IMG/VR virus record: IMGVR_UViG_2859243816_000004 | Span: 1-64,000 of that record | From: an uncultured virus (IMG/VR IMGVR_UViG_2859243816_000004) | Taxonomy: Duplodnaviria; Heunggongvirae; Uroviricota; Caudoviricetes | DNA: 64,000 bases | Strand: one strand, 5' to 3' | Shown: piece after piece, positions 39,844-50,387 of the stretch | Layout of the letters: every line of letters begins with the position of its first letter | How positions within the stretch are numbered: the first letter of the stretch is position 1 | Translations under genes and position numbers: made by a program | The notes under the pieces: model-generated | The model's input: the letters and a program-made list of their open reading frames with translations, nothing else | What the model was told of the DNA's origin: nothing | The model's database searches: none

Positions 39844-40288
39844 AGGCTCAATGACAACTAACCACCCGGCGAACGGTCCTGTATCAGTCGATCGCCTGCA
39901 CCAGATACGTGAACACCTGCAGCATGATACCCAGTACTCTAACGGCGGGAACAGAGCTTACATTCTCGCTGATATGCTGAATGTGATTGATGAGGTGCTA
40001 GCATCGAGGAACGCAGAGCCAGTATTTTTCATCGAGGTTGACGGAGACGACTGGATTCAGGCTGGCAGGATTCCGGGCAGTACGTTTGATTTTAATAATC
40101 TGCCGGATGGCGTCAATAAGCTCTGGGCCGCCCCGCAGTCAGCGCCAGTAGTGCCGGATGAAAAACCGATGCCAGAAGCGTCGAAAATGCATGCCATAGA
40201 CGCTGTAGCTGCAATCGCTGAAGCCAGGGGATGGAACGCCTGCCGAGCCGCAATGCTTAAAGCAGCACCAAAACAGGAGAATATTTAA
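39836..40288 (+). CDS. Eaa/Ead-like early phage protein
   Basis: AEPVFF and GWNACRAAML motifs. Confidence 0.6.
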   Translation: MNKGSMTTNHPANGPVSVDRLHQIREHLQHDTQYSNGGNRAYILADMLNVIDEVLASRNAEPVFFIEVDGDDWIQAGRIPGSTFDFNNLPDGVNKLWAAPQSAPVVPDEKPMPEASKMHAIDAVAAIAEARGWNACRAAMLKAAPKQENI

Positions 40289-40289
40289 C

Positions 40290-40859
40290 GTGAACAATTT
40301 AATGATCGACCTTGAGTCTATGGGCAAAAAACCAAATGCCCCTATCGTCTCCATTGGTGCCGTGTTCTTCGATCCGCAAAGCGGTGAACTGGGTCAGGAG
40401 TTTTACACCGCCGTTAACCTTGAAAGTGCTATGGAACAGGGAGCTGTGCCGGATGGTGACACTATTCTGTGGTGGTTAAGACAAAGCCCAGAAGCACGAT
40501 CAGCAATCTGTGTTGATGATGCTATGCCAATATCGTCTGCCCTATCTGAACTGAGCCATTTCATTAATCGGCATTCTGATAATCCGAAATATTTAAAAGT
40601 TTGGGGTAATGGAGCTACTTTCGACAACGTTATATTGCGTGGAGCATATGAACGTGCCGGCCAGGTTTGCCCTTGGCAATTTTGGAATGATCACGACGTA
40701 AGAACCATAGTCACATTAGGCAGAGTTGTAGGTTTCGATCCTAAGCGTGATATGCCATTCGATGGGGTTGCACATAACGCACTGGCTGATGCCCGCCACC
40801 AGGCGAAATATGTTTCAGCGATTTGGCAGAAACTAATCCCAACCACCAGCAACAGCTAA
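40290..40859 (+). CDS. 3'-5' exonuclease (DEDD family)
   Basis: MIDLES, WGNGATFD and HNALADA. Confidence 0.88.
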   Translation: MNNLMIDLESMGKKPNAPIVSIGAVFFDPQSGELGQEFYTAVNLESAMEQGAVPDGDTILWWLRQSPEARSAICVDDAMPISSALSELSHFINRHSDNPKYLKVWGNGATFDNVILRGAYERAGQVCPWQFWNDHDVRTIVTLGRVVGFDPKRDMPFDGVAHNALADARHQAKYVSAIWQKLIPTTSNS

Positions 40860-40885
40860 AATTTTCCCCGGGTGCAGCCGGGGTA

Positions 40886-41104
40886 ATGGAGAAATATATG
40901 CTGAGCCTCGATTGTGTTCCCATCTCAACTTATTGCAAAGAGACTGGCGAAACCCCGGATGCCATCAACAAACGTGTGCAACGTGGAGTATGGCGTGAAG
41001 GGGTTCAGGTGCTAAAGGTCGACGGCGTTAAGGAAAGATGGATTGATCTTAGTGAGGTTGCAAAATGGGCACGACAGAATCGCCTAAGCTCCCGCGCGGC
41101 GTAA
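40886..41104 (+). CDS. xis: excisionase
   Basis: small wHTH overlapping the int start; start may be 40886 or 40898. Confidence 0.75.
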   Translation: MEKYMLSLDCVPISTYCKETGETPDAINKRVQRGVWREGVQVLKVDGVKERWIDLSEVAKWARQNRLSSRAA

Positions 41105-42240
41105 CCATTAGGAAACATCGCAACGGCGAAACCATCAATATTACCTTCACTTATAAAGGGGTTAAATGCCGTGAGCCCCTTTCTAATCTGGACGTAACCC
41201 CAAAAAACATCAAATACGCCGAGCGCACACTCGGCGAAATCCATAACAAGATCGAGAGGGGGACATTTGTTTATGCAGAATACTTTCCCCGTTCTACCCG
41301 GTTAAAAATTTTCGGCAACGCTGCCGCAGGCAAAACGGTGAAGATGTACCTGGACGAATATCTGGTTATCTGTGAAACGAGAAAACTATCCCCTTCAACA
41401 ATTGGTGGATATAAGAAATGCCGAAGCGCGCTGTCATCACTTCATATTTTTCCTGCAAGTGAGTTGACGCCGGCCGCGCTGAAGACATGGATCCAAAACC
41501 AGAAAACAACATTAAAGACTATCCGAAACCAACTGTCATTCCTGCGTTCTGCTTTGGATGAGGCGGTGACGGATGGTGTGCTTCAGATTAACCCTGTATC
41601 ACTGGTAACAGCCTCACGGTACCAAAGTGATAAATCAGAGGCAGAAAGTAGTTATGTGGTTGATCCGCTATCACCAGCAGAAGTAGACGCTTTGCTCTCT
41701 GCTGCTGGCAATAAGCAGTGGGAGAATCTTTTCCGGTTCGCGATACAAACAGGGCTGCGTAGTTCCGAATTGTGTGCTCTTCGTTGGCGTGATATCGACT
41801 TTATAGGGATGACGGCCCATGTTCAGAACGCCAGCGTTGTTGGCGTAATCAAAGGGACCAAAACCAAAGCTGGAACACGGAAAGTTGAACTGACTACCGA
41901 AGCAATAGATGCTCTAACTAGTCAGAAATCTTTCACTTTTATGAAAGATGATACGGTCTTCGAAGACCCCAAAAGCAATAAAGCATGGGCTAGCGCTGAT
42001 GCTATTAGGAAGAAAGCGTGGGTACCTACATTACGTAAAGCTGGAATTCGATACCGTAACCCCTACCAGACCAGACATACATTCGCCACAAGGCATATCA
42101 GTCAAGGTACAAATTTGTTCTGGCTCGCCACTCAGATGGGCCATAAAGGTCCAGAAATGTTGTTTAGGCATTATGGTCGATATTTGAAAGAGTACGATAA
42201 TAATACTTCATTACAAACATTGAATCGCAAACAAAACTGA
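41065..42240 (+). CDS. int: tyrosine integrase with Arm-binding (DUF3596-like) N-terminus
   Basis: TGLRSSE, YQTRHTFAT and QMGH...HY catalytic motifs. Confidence 0.93.
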   Translation: MGTTESPKLPRGVTIRKHRNGETINITFTYKGVKCREPLSNLDVTPKNIKYAERTLGEIHNKIERGTFVYAEYFPRSTRLKIFGNAAAGKTVKMYLDEYLVICETRKLSPSTIGGYKKCRSALSSLHIFPASELTPAALKTWIQNQKTTLKTIRNQLSFLRSALDEAVTDGVLQINPVSLVTASRYQSDKSEAESSYVVDPLSPAEVDALLSAAGNKQWENLFRFAIQTGLRSSELCALRWRDIDFIGMTAHVQNASVVGVIKGTKTKAGTRKVELTTEAIDALTSQKSFTFMKDDTVFEDPKSNKAWASADAIRKKAWVPTLRKAGIRYRNPYQTRHTFATRHISQGTNLFWLATQMGHKGPEMLFRHYGRYLKEYDNNTSLQTLNRKQN

Positions 42241-42279
42241 AGAATAATCTCATCTCTTGAATTGAGTTGAGATGCGAAG

Positions 42280-43092
42280 ATGACCCCAGATAGATTGATA
42301 GCCTTAGTAGCAGCTATTGCAGCATTGGTATCTGCAATAGCTGCTTTAATGGTTGTTGGGCAGGCCAGTTTACAAAGAAAACTATCGTATAAACCACAAA
42401 TTGTATTTAAACCTCAGTCATTTACTTACAAACTAAACAATAATAAAAATGACATATTTAACAGAATCCATCTAAAAAGAAGCAGTAACACTCACCTAAA
42501 TAAAAGTAACATAGCCATAAACATTGGGCTTGGTGCAGCGTTGGATGTAGCCATTCATTGGGATTATGAATATCAAAAGTCAGTGGATACAATAAATTCA
42601 TATTTTAGTAAATTAGACAAATCAACTAAGATTTCACTATATACCAATGAATTAATAATTGATGATGCAGACCCCGAGATTGGATATCAATTCGCGTCGC
42701 GTTATGGAGAGGACTTTCATGATTACATCCTATCATCCAATCAAAACCCTGCATCAACAGACATACTAATCCCATTTCCCTGCATATCTTTAAATTGTGC
42801 GATTTTAATCCATTCACTAAATGCAGAAGGTAAAATAAATAGAGATTTACCAAAACTCACACTCGCAATAAGTTATAAAGATATAGGTGGCAGTAAATTT
42901 AAAGAGGAATACGATATAGAAGTAGACTTTTACAACATAGTCAATAATGGAGATGATATCTTGATGAATGGGAAAATCATTTTCAATAAAATTGGTATAA
43001 AGGAAAAGACAGTAAAGGGACTTGAAGGTATCCGCAAAAGATACGCCGAATTGATTAATGAAAATGATTTCAATAAAAACAGTACGTTATAG
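42280..43092 (+). CDS. AT-rich hypothetical protein with N-terminal membrane anchor
   Basis: 270 aa; one hydrophobic helix; stop codon abuts the att. Confidence 0.75.
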   Translation: MTPDRLIALVAAIAALVSAIAALMVVGQASLQRKLSYKPQIVFKPQSFTYKLNNNKNDIFNRIHLKRSSNTHLNKSNIAINIGLGAALDVAIHWDYEYQKSVDTINSYFSKLDKSTKISLYTNELIIDDADPEIGYQFASRYGEDFHDYILSSNQNPASTDILIPFPCISLNCAILIHSLNAEGKINRDLPKLTLAISYKDIGGSKFKEEYDIEVDFYNIVNNGDDILMNGKIIFNKIGIKEKTVKGLEGIRKRYAELINENDFNKNSTL

Positions 43093-43130
43093 ACTTTCGG
43101 ACGCGTGTTCAACTCCCGCCAGCTCCACCA
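43092..43130 (+). mobile_element. att site: 3' fragment of tmRNA (ssrA)
   Basis: TTTCGGACGCGTGTTCAACTCCCGCCAGCTCCACCA matches the ssrA 3' end, with T at 43106 where G is expected; the rest of ssrA is absent. Confidence 0.9.
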
Positions 43131-43139
43131 AATAAAACA

Positions 43140-43170
43140 AAGGGTTACGTGAAAACGTAGCCCTTTTTTT
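43140..43170 (+). terminator. terminator after att
   Basis: AAGGGTTACGT-gaaa-ACGTAGCCCTT plus T-run. Confidence 0.75.
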
Positions 43171-43177
43171 ATGCCCC

Positions 43178-43218
43178 GTGGCGGCAAAATGGCGACAGAC
43201 GTTTGGGAGTGGCGACAC
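43178..43218 (+). repeat. TGGCG(A/G)CA repeats, probable integrase arm sites
   Basis: three copies near 43179, 43190 and 43210. Confidence 0.5.
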
Positions 43219-43246
43219 AGGCAATAAAAAACCCGCCAGTGGCGGG

Positions 43247-43462
43247 TTAGTATGCAAACTGCTCCTGCAGGCCTTTTGGATGCGGTGGAGCTGCACTGAT
43301 TTTCTCCGGGCGGCAAACCGATCGCACAAACGTTTCATGGGTTACAAACGTATGCCCGCATTCAATATTTGTACATTGGTTGTAACGCTCTTTGGTTTCG
43401 CTGGAGACCTGAAAGCTGCTGCGTGTATGTGCTGCCATTCCACACAACGGACAATTCATCAT
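43247..43462 (-). CDS. ogr: Ogr/Delta zinc-finger late activator
   Basis: MMNCPLCG...RYNQCTNIECGHTF. Confidence 0.93.
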   Translation of the reverse strand: MMNCPLCGMAAHTRSSFQVSSETKERYNQCTNIECGHTFVTHETFVRSVCRPEKISAAPPHPKGLQEQFAY

Positions 43463-43533
43463 GAGCAACTCCCCTTAATCATTTTTGCTGAAATCGCAAT
43501 AATGATACACCATAATTCAATATTGAGAACTAT

Positions 43534-44631
43534 TTATTCCATTTCGAGATCGTCTATTTTCACCTCAAAATCCAGGCTGGTCGTAAATCCATTATCTGCC
43601 GTAACGGTATGGGTCAGCGTGGTAATGGTCCATTCAGCATCATCAATCTGCTTTTTGAATCCCTGCACCTTTACCGGCATTTCCGTATAGAGATCAGCGC
43701 GCCCTTCTGCCAGCTGCATAGAGAATGAGGCCACCCCACGCTGCAGGCGCTCCCATTGCATTTTTGCTGCCCGTTCTGCATTGCTTCGGTTCGCATAAGT
43801 ACGACTGAGGACCAGCACGTTTTCATCCGTACCGACCAGGTAATCCCCCTGTTTCTCCTCCGGCGTTTTTGTCGTTGTGGTTTTACGCTTCCGCTTTACC
43901 TTTACCGCTTCTCTTTTTACCGGTTCCCGCGTATGCAGCCAGCTGGCAATAACGCCGGTATAGGCGCCACGGTCTGCCAGGGTGAAGCGGTGGCCATCGC
44001 CATCTTTACGGGTAATCGTGATAACCGGCAGCGCTTTGCCACTGGCAGTTTTGCCCTAGCCCTGCCGGAGAAACAGCAGATTGCCATCCTTCACAGATGC
44101 AATGGCGCCATACTGGCGCGCCAGCCGCATCAGGAAACTGGCGTCGCTCTCATTTGTCTGGTCGATGTGATCGATCGCTTTGTCGGTCAGGTCTTTGCCC
44201 AGCGCCATTTTCAGGTTATGGCGCCCGGCTATTTCTTTCACCACCTCCCCCACGGTTGTCTGGTGCCATGACTTTTCACGCCGGGTATTCAGCGTTTCCC
44301 GGAAGTCAGCGCTGCGGGCGCGAATGGTCAGACGGTCAGGCGCGCCGCTGTGTTCAATTTCATCTACCGTATAACCACCCTTTGGGAACAGCGGCTGACC
44401 TTTCCAGCCCAGCGCCACGGTGATCACCGCTCCACGGCGCGGCAGCACAATCAGACCGTCCGCGTCGTCCAGCTCCAGATCAAGCTGGTCAGCCTCAAAG
44501 CCCCGGTTATCGGTCAGGGTCAGGCTCATCAGGCGCTTATCCAGCACCGTTGTAATATCCTTACCCTCAATCGTGATGCTGAATGCTGGCGTTTTGCTGC
44601 CGGTATTCAGCAGCCCTGAATCAAAACTCAT
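43534..44631 (-). pseudogene. P2 gpD interrupted by an in-frame TAG
   Basis: LRQG-TAG-GKTASG at 44056-44058; the frame stays open to the normal end (365 codons). Confidence 0.88.
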
Positions 44632-45113
44632 GACAGTAACCCTCCCACCGTTCCGCTGATGCTGCCAATTGCAGACGTTGCTGTGTCCTGCAGAATACCC
44701 AGCTGATCGCTAAGGCTGCCGAACATATCTGCCAGCGACTCATCAACCCTTTTCAGTGACAATGAAAATTCAATCCGGCGCGGCATCCCGTCACGGAAAA
44801 ATTCTGCTTTCGTCTGGTTCAGCCCCTCGATCACATACATGCCATAAATCGTGCCACTTCCCTCGATCAGGGGCCACGCCTTGCCCAGCTCCGCCATCTG
44901 TTCCAGCGCCAACATAGACAGCCTGCCGCCGGTGATTTCCGGTAACAGCACCCCGGATAGCGTCAGCGTGTCATTATTCGGCCCCAGAAATTGCGTGGTG
45001 GCGCGACGGTTTACGCGGCTGTTTGTCGCATGGCGCCAGCTTCGCTGATACTGCAGCTCCTGATAAGGGACCGTGCGCAGCTCGAAAACAAATAATCCCA
45101 GCACCATCATCAT
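44628..45113 (-). CDS. P2 gpU tail protein
   Basis: MMMVLGLFVFELRTVPYQ. Confidence 0.9.
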   Translation of the reverse strand: MMMVLGLFVFELRTVPYQELQYQRSWRHATNSRVNRRATTQFLGPNNDTLTLSGVLLPEITGGRLSMLALEQMAELGKAWPLIEGSGTIYGMYVIEGLNQTKAEFFRDGMPRRIEFSLSLKRVDESLADMFGSLSDQLGILQDTATSAIGSISGTVGGLLS

Positions 45114-47905
45114 TCGTCATAGCCCCCCTGATCGCTGTAGTTACTCCGGGCCTTCGCCCTGATCCGACGGTCACGCTCATCGAGCTGGCGCGCCACCTCT
45201 CGCGCAATGTCCTGCGCATTCTGCCCTGGCTGCGCCTGGATAATAATCTGCGTGGGCGCGTCCACATGGAAAACTGGCTGCGCGCTTGCGCCCTGCCCCA
45301 TCATCACGGCGCCCGATTTCACCGGCAGGCTAAACGGATGAAGCGGGGCCGCATCGACCGGCGCCGCAGCCACCCCCATCATCCCGGCAACCACCGAGGC
45401 CAGCGCCGCTGTGCGTCGCCTGCTGGTTACGTTTACCGGGCCGTTGACAATCTCCGGCCCATTCTCCCCCACGATGCCAAACTGCCCGCGCGGGATATTG
45501 CCGCCGGTGTCGTACATTCCCGCGTAAGCCGGGAATCCGCCGGGCGGCAACATCACGCTGCCGTTACCGCCCAATGTGGCAGGCGTCTGATTTGGCAGCC
45601 GGGCGCTGGCGGCCTCTTTGTTAACCAGACCAAGTTTATCCAGCAACCAGACCACACCGGATTTCAGAGACTCCAGCGGATGCAGTGCCATGTTCAGCCC
45701 TTCCGCCAGCATTTCCCCGAACAAACGCCCCATTGATGCCGCACTCTGCAGCTCTGCCGCCGTCGATTTAACCGGCGTCAGCAAGTCGGTAAACCAGCCC
45801 CACAACTCCCGGACCTTATCCCCTACCCATTGAAATATGGGCATCAATGGCGCAAAGGCTGACAGAATTGGCTCAGCTGCAGCTTTAAACCCTTCCACCA
45901 CGCCACCCAGAAAGGCGCTGATAGGCTGCCAGTATTTCCAGACCACCATCGCCACCCCAGCCAGCGCAGCCACCACCAGACCGATCGGACTCAACAGCGC
46001 GCCCAGCAGACCGCCCACAGAAAACAGCGCCACGCGCAGCACTGCCAGCGGGCCTGAAACCAGCAAACGCAGCACCCCGCCCGTACGGGTCACTGCAGCT
46101 GCGGTAGAAGGTAAAGCCTTAACCGCCAGCATCGACAGCGCGAACCGGATCACCGCAATCGGCCCCAGCACTGCAGCCACCGCCACCGCCAGCGTACCCA
46201 GCCCGACAGTGATCGCCGCCGTCGCCGCTGCCACTTTCATCAGCGTGCCAGCCAGCACGGGATTCTGCTCAACCCAGCGCCGCAGCGCCCCTGTCACGCC
46301 TTTAACCATGCTCATGATATCCATCAGCGGCTGGCGCAGCGTTTCCCCCAGGCTACTGAAAGCGTTCTGCGCGCCCGTCTTAACCAGCAACCACTGCGCA
46401 GACAATGAATCCTTGTTAATGTCGGATTCTTTCTGCATGGAGCCGTTCGCATCGGCTCCGGCAGTGAGTTTCAACTGGCGCTGCAGCTCCGGCAGGTTGT
46501 TAGCCAGTTTCGCGGCATCATCGCCAAACTCTTTACCAAAAATCATCGTCATTGCAGACAGGCGCTTATCCTGCGGCAGCTTGTTGACCTTCTCCAGTAC
46601 GCGCTGAATAGTGCCCATGGCATCCGTGGTCATCTGCTTTTCAATCTCTGCCGGGTTGAGTTTCAGCAGGTCCATACCTTCAAAGAAGCGCTTGCTTTGC
46701 ATGGTGGCAATGGAAAGCTCACGCACCATGGCATTTGAAGCGCTGGCGGCAATTTCAGGCGCGGCGCCCAGAGAAAGGAAGGTTGAACCCAGCGCCGCCG
46801 CTTTGCGGAAGTCGAGGCGGTCAGCCACGCCCCCCATGCGCTGCAGGACGTTGATAATATCCCCGCCCTTTGACATGGCGTTATCGTCCAGGTAGTTCAG
46901 CGCATCACCCAACTGCTCAATATTGCGCGTAGGCACTTTATACAACTGCGCTATTTTTCCTAACCCTTCCGCCAGCTCATCTGCAGGCAGCTCAAAGGCC
47001 GTTGCTGCCTTAGCCGCGGTGGACGCAAAAGCCAGCAGATCGCGCTTCTGGTCCTCGAAAGGATCATCCTGATTGATCACGCCCATGCGGGCGCCACCCT
47101 CAACCAGTGCCGCGTAGTCAATCGCGCCGTTCTCCATCGGAAGCTGCTCACTGGCAGCTTTGATGGCGTCCTGCATTTCATAAAACTGCTTTGTGCGGTT
47201 GCCGTTGTCGTCACGCAGTCCGTTAACCTGTTTTGCCACGCCTTTCATTGCATCTTCCATGCTGGCATAGCTCCTGACCGCAGCCACAACCGGCGCCCCC
47301 ATCGCTGCGCCAGCGGCTGCCGTTGTCGCCCCGGCGCCAGCGATGCGATCACGAACCTCAAGACGGCGGGAATACTGCTCACGGACCGCATTCATCCGCG
47401 CTTGTTGTTCCCCCAAGCGTTTGAGTGATTTTTGCTGACGGTCCAGCGCCTGCCGCGTTTCTTCAGCATTCTGCCGCAGCTCGCGCTGGGCGCTGCTAAG
47501 TTTGCGGGTATCCAGCCCGGCTTCATTCAGGGCAAGCCGCTGTTTTTGTACAGACTGACGCAAACCGTTGTACTGCCCCTGCAGCTCATTAACACGGTTT
47601 TTTGCCTGTTCAAGCAGCCTGGCCTGCTGCGCCGTTGGGCGGTTGGTTGCTGAAAACTGTGTTGCAAGTTTTGCGGCTTCCTCGCGGGCGGCTTTCAGGT
47701 TTTGACCGGTGACGGCAAGCTGTCCGTTTGCCTTACGAAAACCATCAATACGGGCGGCCTGAGAATCAAGCGCTTTAAGGCTGGCGCGGCTTTGCTGGAT
47801 TGCGGCTGCCAGCTCCTTAGAGCTGGCCTGCGCAGAACGGAAGGGGCGGGTGAGTTTATCCACCGCATTCAAAATGACCTGCAGGCGCAGGTTGTTATCG
47901 CTCAT
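45110..47905 (-). CDS. P2 gpT tape measure protein
   Basis: 931 aa; LQVILNAVDKLTRP start. Confidence 0.92.
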   Translation of the reverse strand: MSDNNLRLQVILNAVDKLTRPFRSAQASSKELAAAIQQSRASLKALDSQAARIDGFRKANGQLAVTGQNLKAAREEAAKLATQFSATNRPTAQQARLLEQAKNRVNELQGQYNGLRQSVQKQRLALNEAGLDTRKLSSAQRELRQNAEETRQALDRQQKSLKRLGEQQARMNAVREQYSRRLEVRDRIAGAGATTAAAGAAMGAPVVAAVRSYASMEDAMKGVAKQVNGLRDDNGNRTKQFYEMQDAIKAASEQLPMENGAIDYAALVEGGARMGVINQDDPFEDQKRDLLAFASTAAKAATAFELPADELAEGLGKIAQLYKVPTRNIEQLGDALNYLDDNAMSKGGDIINVLQRMGGVADRLDFRKAAALGSTFLSLGAAPEIAASASNAMVRELSIATMQSKRFFEGMDLLKLNPAEIEKQMTTDAMGTIQRVLEKVNKLPQDKRLSAMTMIFGKEFGDDAAKLANNLPELQRQLKLTAGADANGSMQKESDINKDSLSAQWLLVKTGAQNAFSSLGETLRQPLMDIMSMVKGVTGALRRWVEQNPVLAGTLMKVAAATAAITVGLGTLAVAVAAVLGPIAVIRFALSMLAVKALPSTAAAVTRTGGVLRLLVSGPLAVLRVALFSVGGLLGALLSPIGLVVAALAGVAMVVWKYWQPISAFLGGVVEGFKAAAEPILSAFAPLMPIFQWVGDKVRELWGWFTDLLTPVKSTAAELQSAASMGRLFGEMLAEGLNMALHPLESLKSGVVWLLDKLGLVNKEAASARLPNQTPATLGGNGSVMLPPGGFPAYAGMYDTGGNIPRGQFGIVGENGPEIVNGPVNVTSRRRTAALASVVAGMMGVAAAPVDAAPLHPFSLPVKSGAVMMGQGASAQPVFHVDAPTQIIIQAQPGQNAQDIAREVARQLDERDRRIRAKARSNYSDQGGYDE

Positions 47906-48031
47906 CGCTGGCTCCGCTTCTCTGTATCGCTTTGTACCGCCATTCCAGCACTTCGGTCAGCGGCATAACGTCAGTGACGGAGGGCGGCCAGTGAAAAATG
48001 GTGGCAATATCTGCCACCAAATCATCAACCG

Positions 48032-48334
48032 TCAGGCAGTCGGTAAACCGGCAAGCACCGACTTCTTCAACAAAAAAGTGACCACCTCAACAGACAGCGA
48101 GGTGAGATCGGCGGGGTCCAGCTCTGCCATTTCCTGCGGCGTCAGCGTCGGGGTGGAAATGCGGGGGATCACCGTTATCATGGCGCCCACATCCATATCC
48201 ATAATGGCCTGCAGGCGCGTGCCGCGCAGTGCGCCGGATTGCGGCTTGCGCAGTACAATTTCGGTGATTTCCGTTTTACCACGCTTGATTGGGGTATCCA
48301 GCTGCACAGTTTTTTCAGTCAGTATATCGCTCAT
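48032..48334 (-). CDS. P2 gpE tail chaperone; E+E' via -1 frameshift ending at 47895
   Basis: T TTT TTG slippery site (48071-48077); -1 frame gives DDLVADIATIFHWPP... Confidence 0.9.
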   Translation of the reverse strand: MSDILTEKTVQLDTPIKRGKTEITEIVLRKPQSGALRGTRLQAIMDMDVGAMITVIPRISTPTLTPQEMAELDPADLTSLSVEVVTFLLKKSVLAGLPTA

Positions 48335-48383
48335 TTTATTTTCCATTCGGATTATGGCGCGACGTTCCGCGCCATCAGGTTAA

Positions 48384-48899
48384 TCAAAGGCCAATTGCGC
48401 TGCGGTGTTCTTCCAGCAGGTCCACGCCATCAACAATTTCGACCATGTTGATAACATCGACCTCATACAGCACTTCGTTGTTAATGGTCAGCTTCGCATA
48501 GGTATTGGTGCTGCTGACCTTTGTGGAATTACTCTCGCCCGTTTTCCACTCGCCGGAATCCACTTCTTTGTGGCGACCGCGCACAACCAGCTCCACCGCC
48601 TGCACTTCGCCGGTATCATCGCGCTGAATAGAACCGGTAAAACGCAGCTGGATACCGTCTACCGTGGCTTTGCCCATCTGTTTGAACAGCAACAGTTCTG
48701 TACCACCGATCGAAAATTCGGTATCCAGCGCGCCATCATCCAGGCCCAAATCCACATCCGCAGATCCCGGCATACCGCCGCCGCGATACTTCTCAAACTT
48801 GCGGGTAAATTTCGGCAGAGTCAGAGACTCAACAATCCCCTGCCAGTTGTTCCCGTCGTTAAACAGGTTCAGGTGCTTCAACTTGCGTGGTAATGCCAT
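48384..48899 (-). CDS. P2 FII tail tube
   Basis: MALPRKLKHLNLF. Confidence 0.93.
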   Translation of the reverse strand: MALPRKLKHLNLFNDGNNWQGIVESLTLPKFTRKFEKYRGGGMPGSADVDLGLDDGALDTEFSIGGTELLLFKQMGKATVDGIQLRFTGSIQRDDTGEVQAVELVVRGRHKEVDSGEWKTGESNSTKVSSTNTYAKLTINNEVLYEVDVINMVEIVDGVDLLEEHRSAIGL

Positions 48900-48908
48900 G
48901 TATCCCCC

Positions 48909-50081
48909 TTATGCGCTGACGCGGCTGGCAAAATCGACCAGATAGCGATCGGTGATACGCTGGCGCAGCAACAGGTTTTCAAGCGGCGGCACTGGCGTAT
49001 AGTCGTAGTCGATCGCCAGTTTCCCGGCTTTCAGGGTGTCCTTATCGTTCACAGACTCATCCAGCCAGCAATCACCACCAATCAGGTAGCCCTGGTTAAC
49101 CAGGCTGCGCATTTTGGCGCGAATACCTTCGATAATGTCGCGGGCTAGTGATGGATTCAGCGGCATATCAACTGCCCACATATGCGCTTCCGCCATGGTG
49201 TCAGCCAGCACCTGCGCCGTGCGGGTGTAGTTTTCAAACTGGAACAGTGGATCGTCACTGAGGCAACGGGAACCCCAGAAACGGAAACCGTCTTTGCGGA
49301 TCAGAGTGGTGATATCGTTCTGATTAAGCAGTCCCGCATCCGTTGCCGGGTCCTGCAGATCCCAGGACACATCAGCGGACAGGCCAGTGACGCCATTCAC
49401 GCCCACGTTAGACAGGGTTTTGTGCCAGCCGGTCTGCTCGTCAATTTTGGCGCGCATACCCAGTGCGCGAGCGGTGGCAAAAGCCGTCGCATCCGCCTGC
49501 AGCACGGTGTCAAAGTTGATAAAGTCAGGCCAAATCAACATCCCTTCACGCTGGCTGAAATTCTCACGATAGGCGATCGCTTCCTCCACCGTTTTGCAGC
49601 CATAGGCGGAAAGGTAAGCGAACCCGCGCAGGCTCTGCGCCACGCTAAGCAGTTCAGTGGAAACCGCCTGCGTATCATGGCCCGGCACACCGAGAATGCG
49701 CGGCTTAACGCCCAGCTGCGACTGCGCAGACAGCAGCGCTTTGATGCCCGTTTTTTTACCGTCTGCCGTGACGCCGCCGATAATATTGGCGGTGGTTTCC
49801 GCTTCGGTTTCACCCTGGGCCACGCGGATAACCACGGTGACAGGCTTTGCCTGATCTGCAATGGCATCCAGCGAGCGGGCCAGCGTGCCGGACTCGCCTG
49901 CTTTGCCGCTGGCGGTCAGCACATCGGTCAGAAGGACCGGCTTATTGAGGGGGAACACGGACGCATCGGCATCATCGCCGGTGCAGACCATGCCCACGAT
50001 GGCAGTGCTCACCGTGGTAATCGTTCGGGTGCCTTCGTTGATTTCTTCAACGCGCACGCCGTGGTGGTAATCCTGAGCCAT
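48909..50081 (-). CDS. P2 FI tail sheath
   Basis: [19 protein letters not shown]. Confidence 0.93.
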   Translation of the reverse strand: MAQDYHHGVRVEEINEGTRTITTVSTAIVGMVCTGDDADASVFPLNKPVLLTDVLTASGKAGESGTLARSLDAIADQAKPVTVVIRVAQGETEAETTANIIGGVTADGKKTGIKALLSAQSQLGVKPRILGVPGHDTQAVSTELLSVAQSLRGFAYLSAYGCKTVEEAIAYRENFSQREGMLIWPDFINFDTVLQADATAFATARALGMRAKIDEQTGWHKTLSNVGVNGVTGLSADVSWDLQDPATDAGLLNQNDITTLIRKDGFRFWGSRCLSDDPLFQFENYTRTAQVLADTMAEAHMWAVDMPLNPSLARDIIEGIRAKMRSLVNQGYLIGGDCWLDESVNDKDTLKAGKLAIDYDYTPVPPLENLLLRQRITDRYLVDFASRVSA

Positions 50082-50153
50082 AAGGCATTATCTCCGGTTG
50101 ACAGGGATGCCTTATGTTCAGTCTTAGATGTATGCTTAGCACGTACGATGCAT

Positions 50154-50171
50154 TGTACTGGTTATGACACA
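50154..50171. promoter_or_regulatory. Ogr-binding site of the F promoter
   Basis: TGT-N12-ACA upstream of FI. Confidence 0.7.
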
Positions 50172-50387
50172 ATGTAAACGAGAATAAAAAGAACTTGCTG
50201 GATTTTATTTAAGTTTATTGCTTACTCAAGCATCTGACTTAACCCAACTCTAGAAACCCCCAACAAAAATAGAACTGTGATATATCATCAACAAATTCAA
50301 AGATGGAATGTTAGAGAAAATTCGGATAAAATTGCAAAATCAATATTTGAATCCTAAGTAACTTAATAAAGCAAGCTCGGTGATCAG

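Larger units (their letters stand above)
1264..43130. mobile_element. lambdoid prophage with lambda-like head and P2-like contractile tail
   Basis: continuous tail-head-cos-lysis-Q-replication-immunity-xis-int gene order between two att-like tRNA/tmRNA fragments. Confidence 0.9.

Noticed and set aside
43092..43130. intact tmRNA gene
   Set aside because: only about 39 nt of the 3' end; upstream is coding sequence
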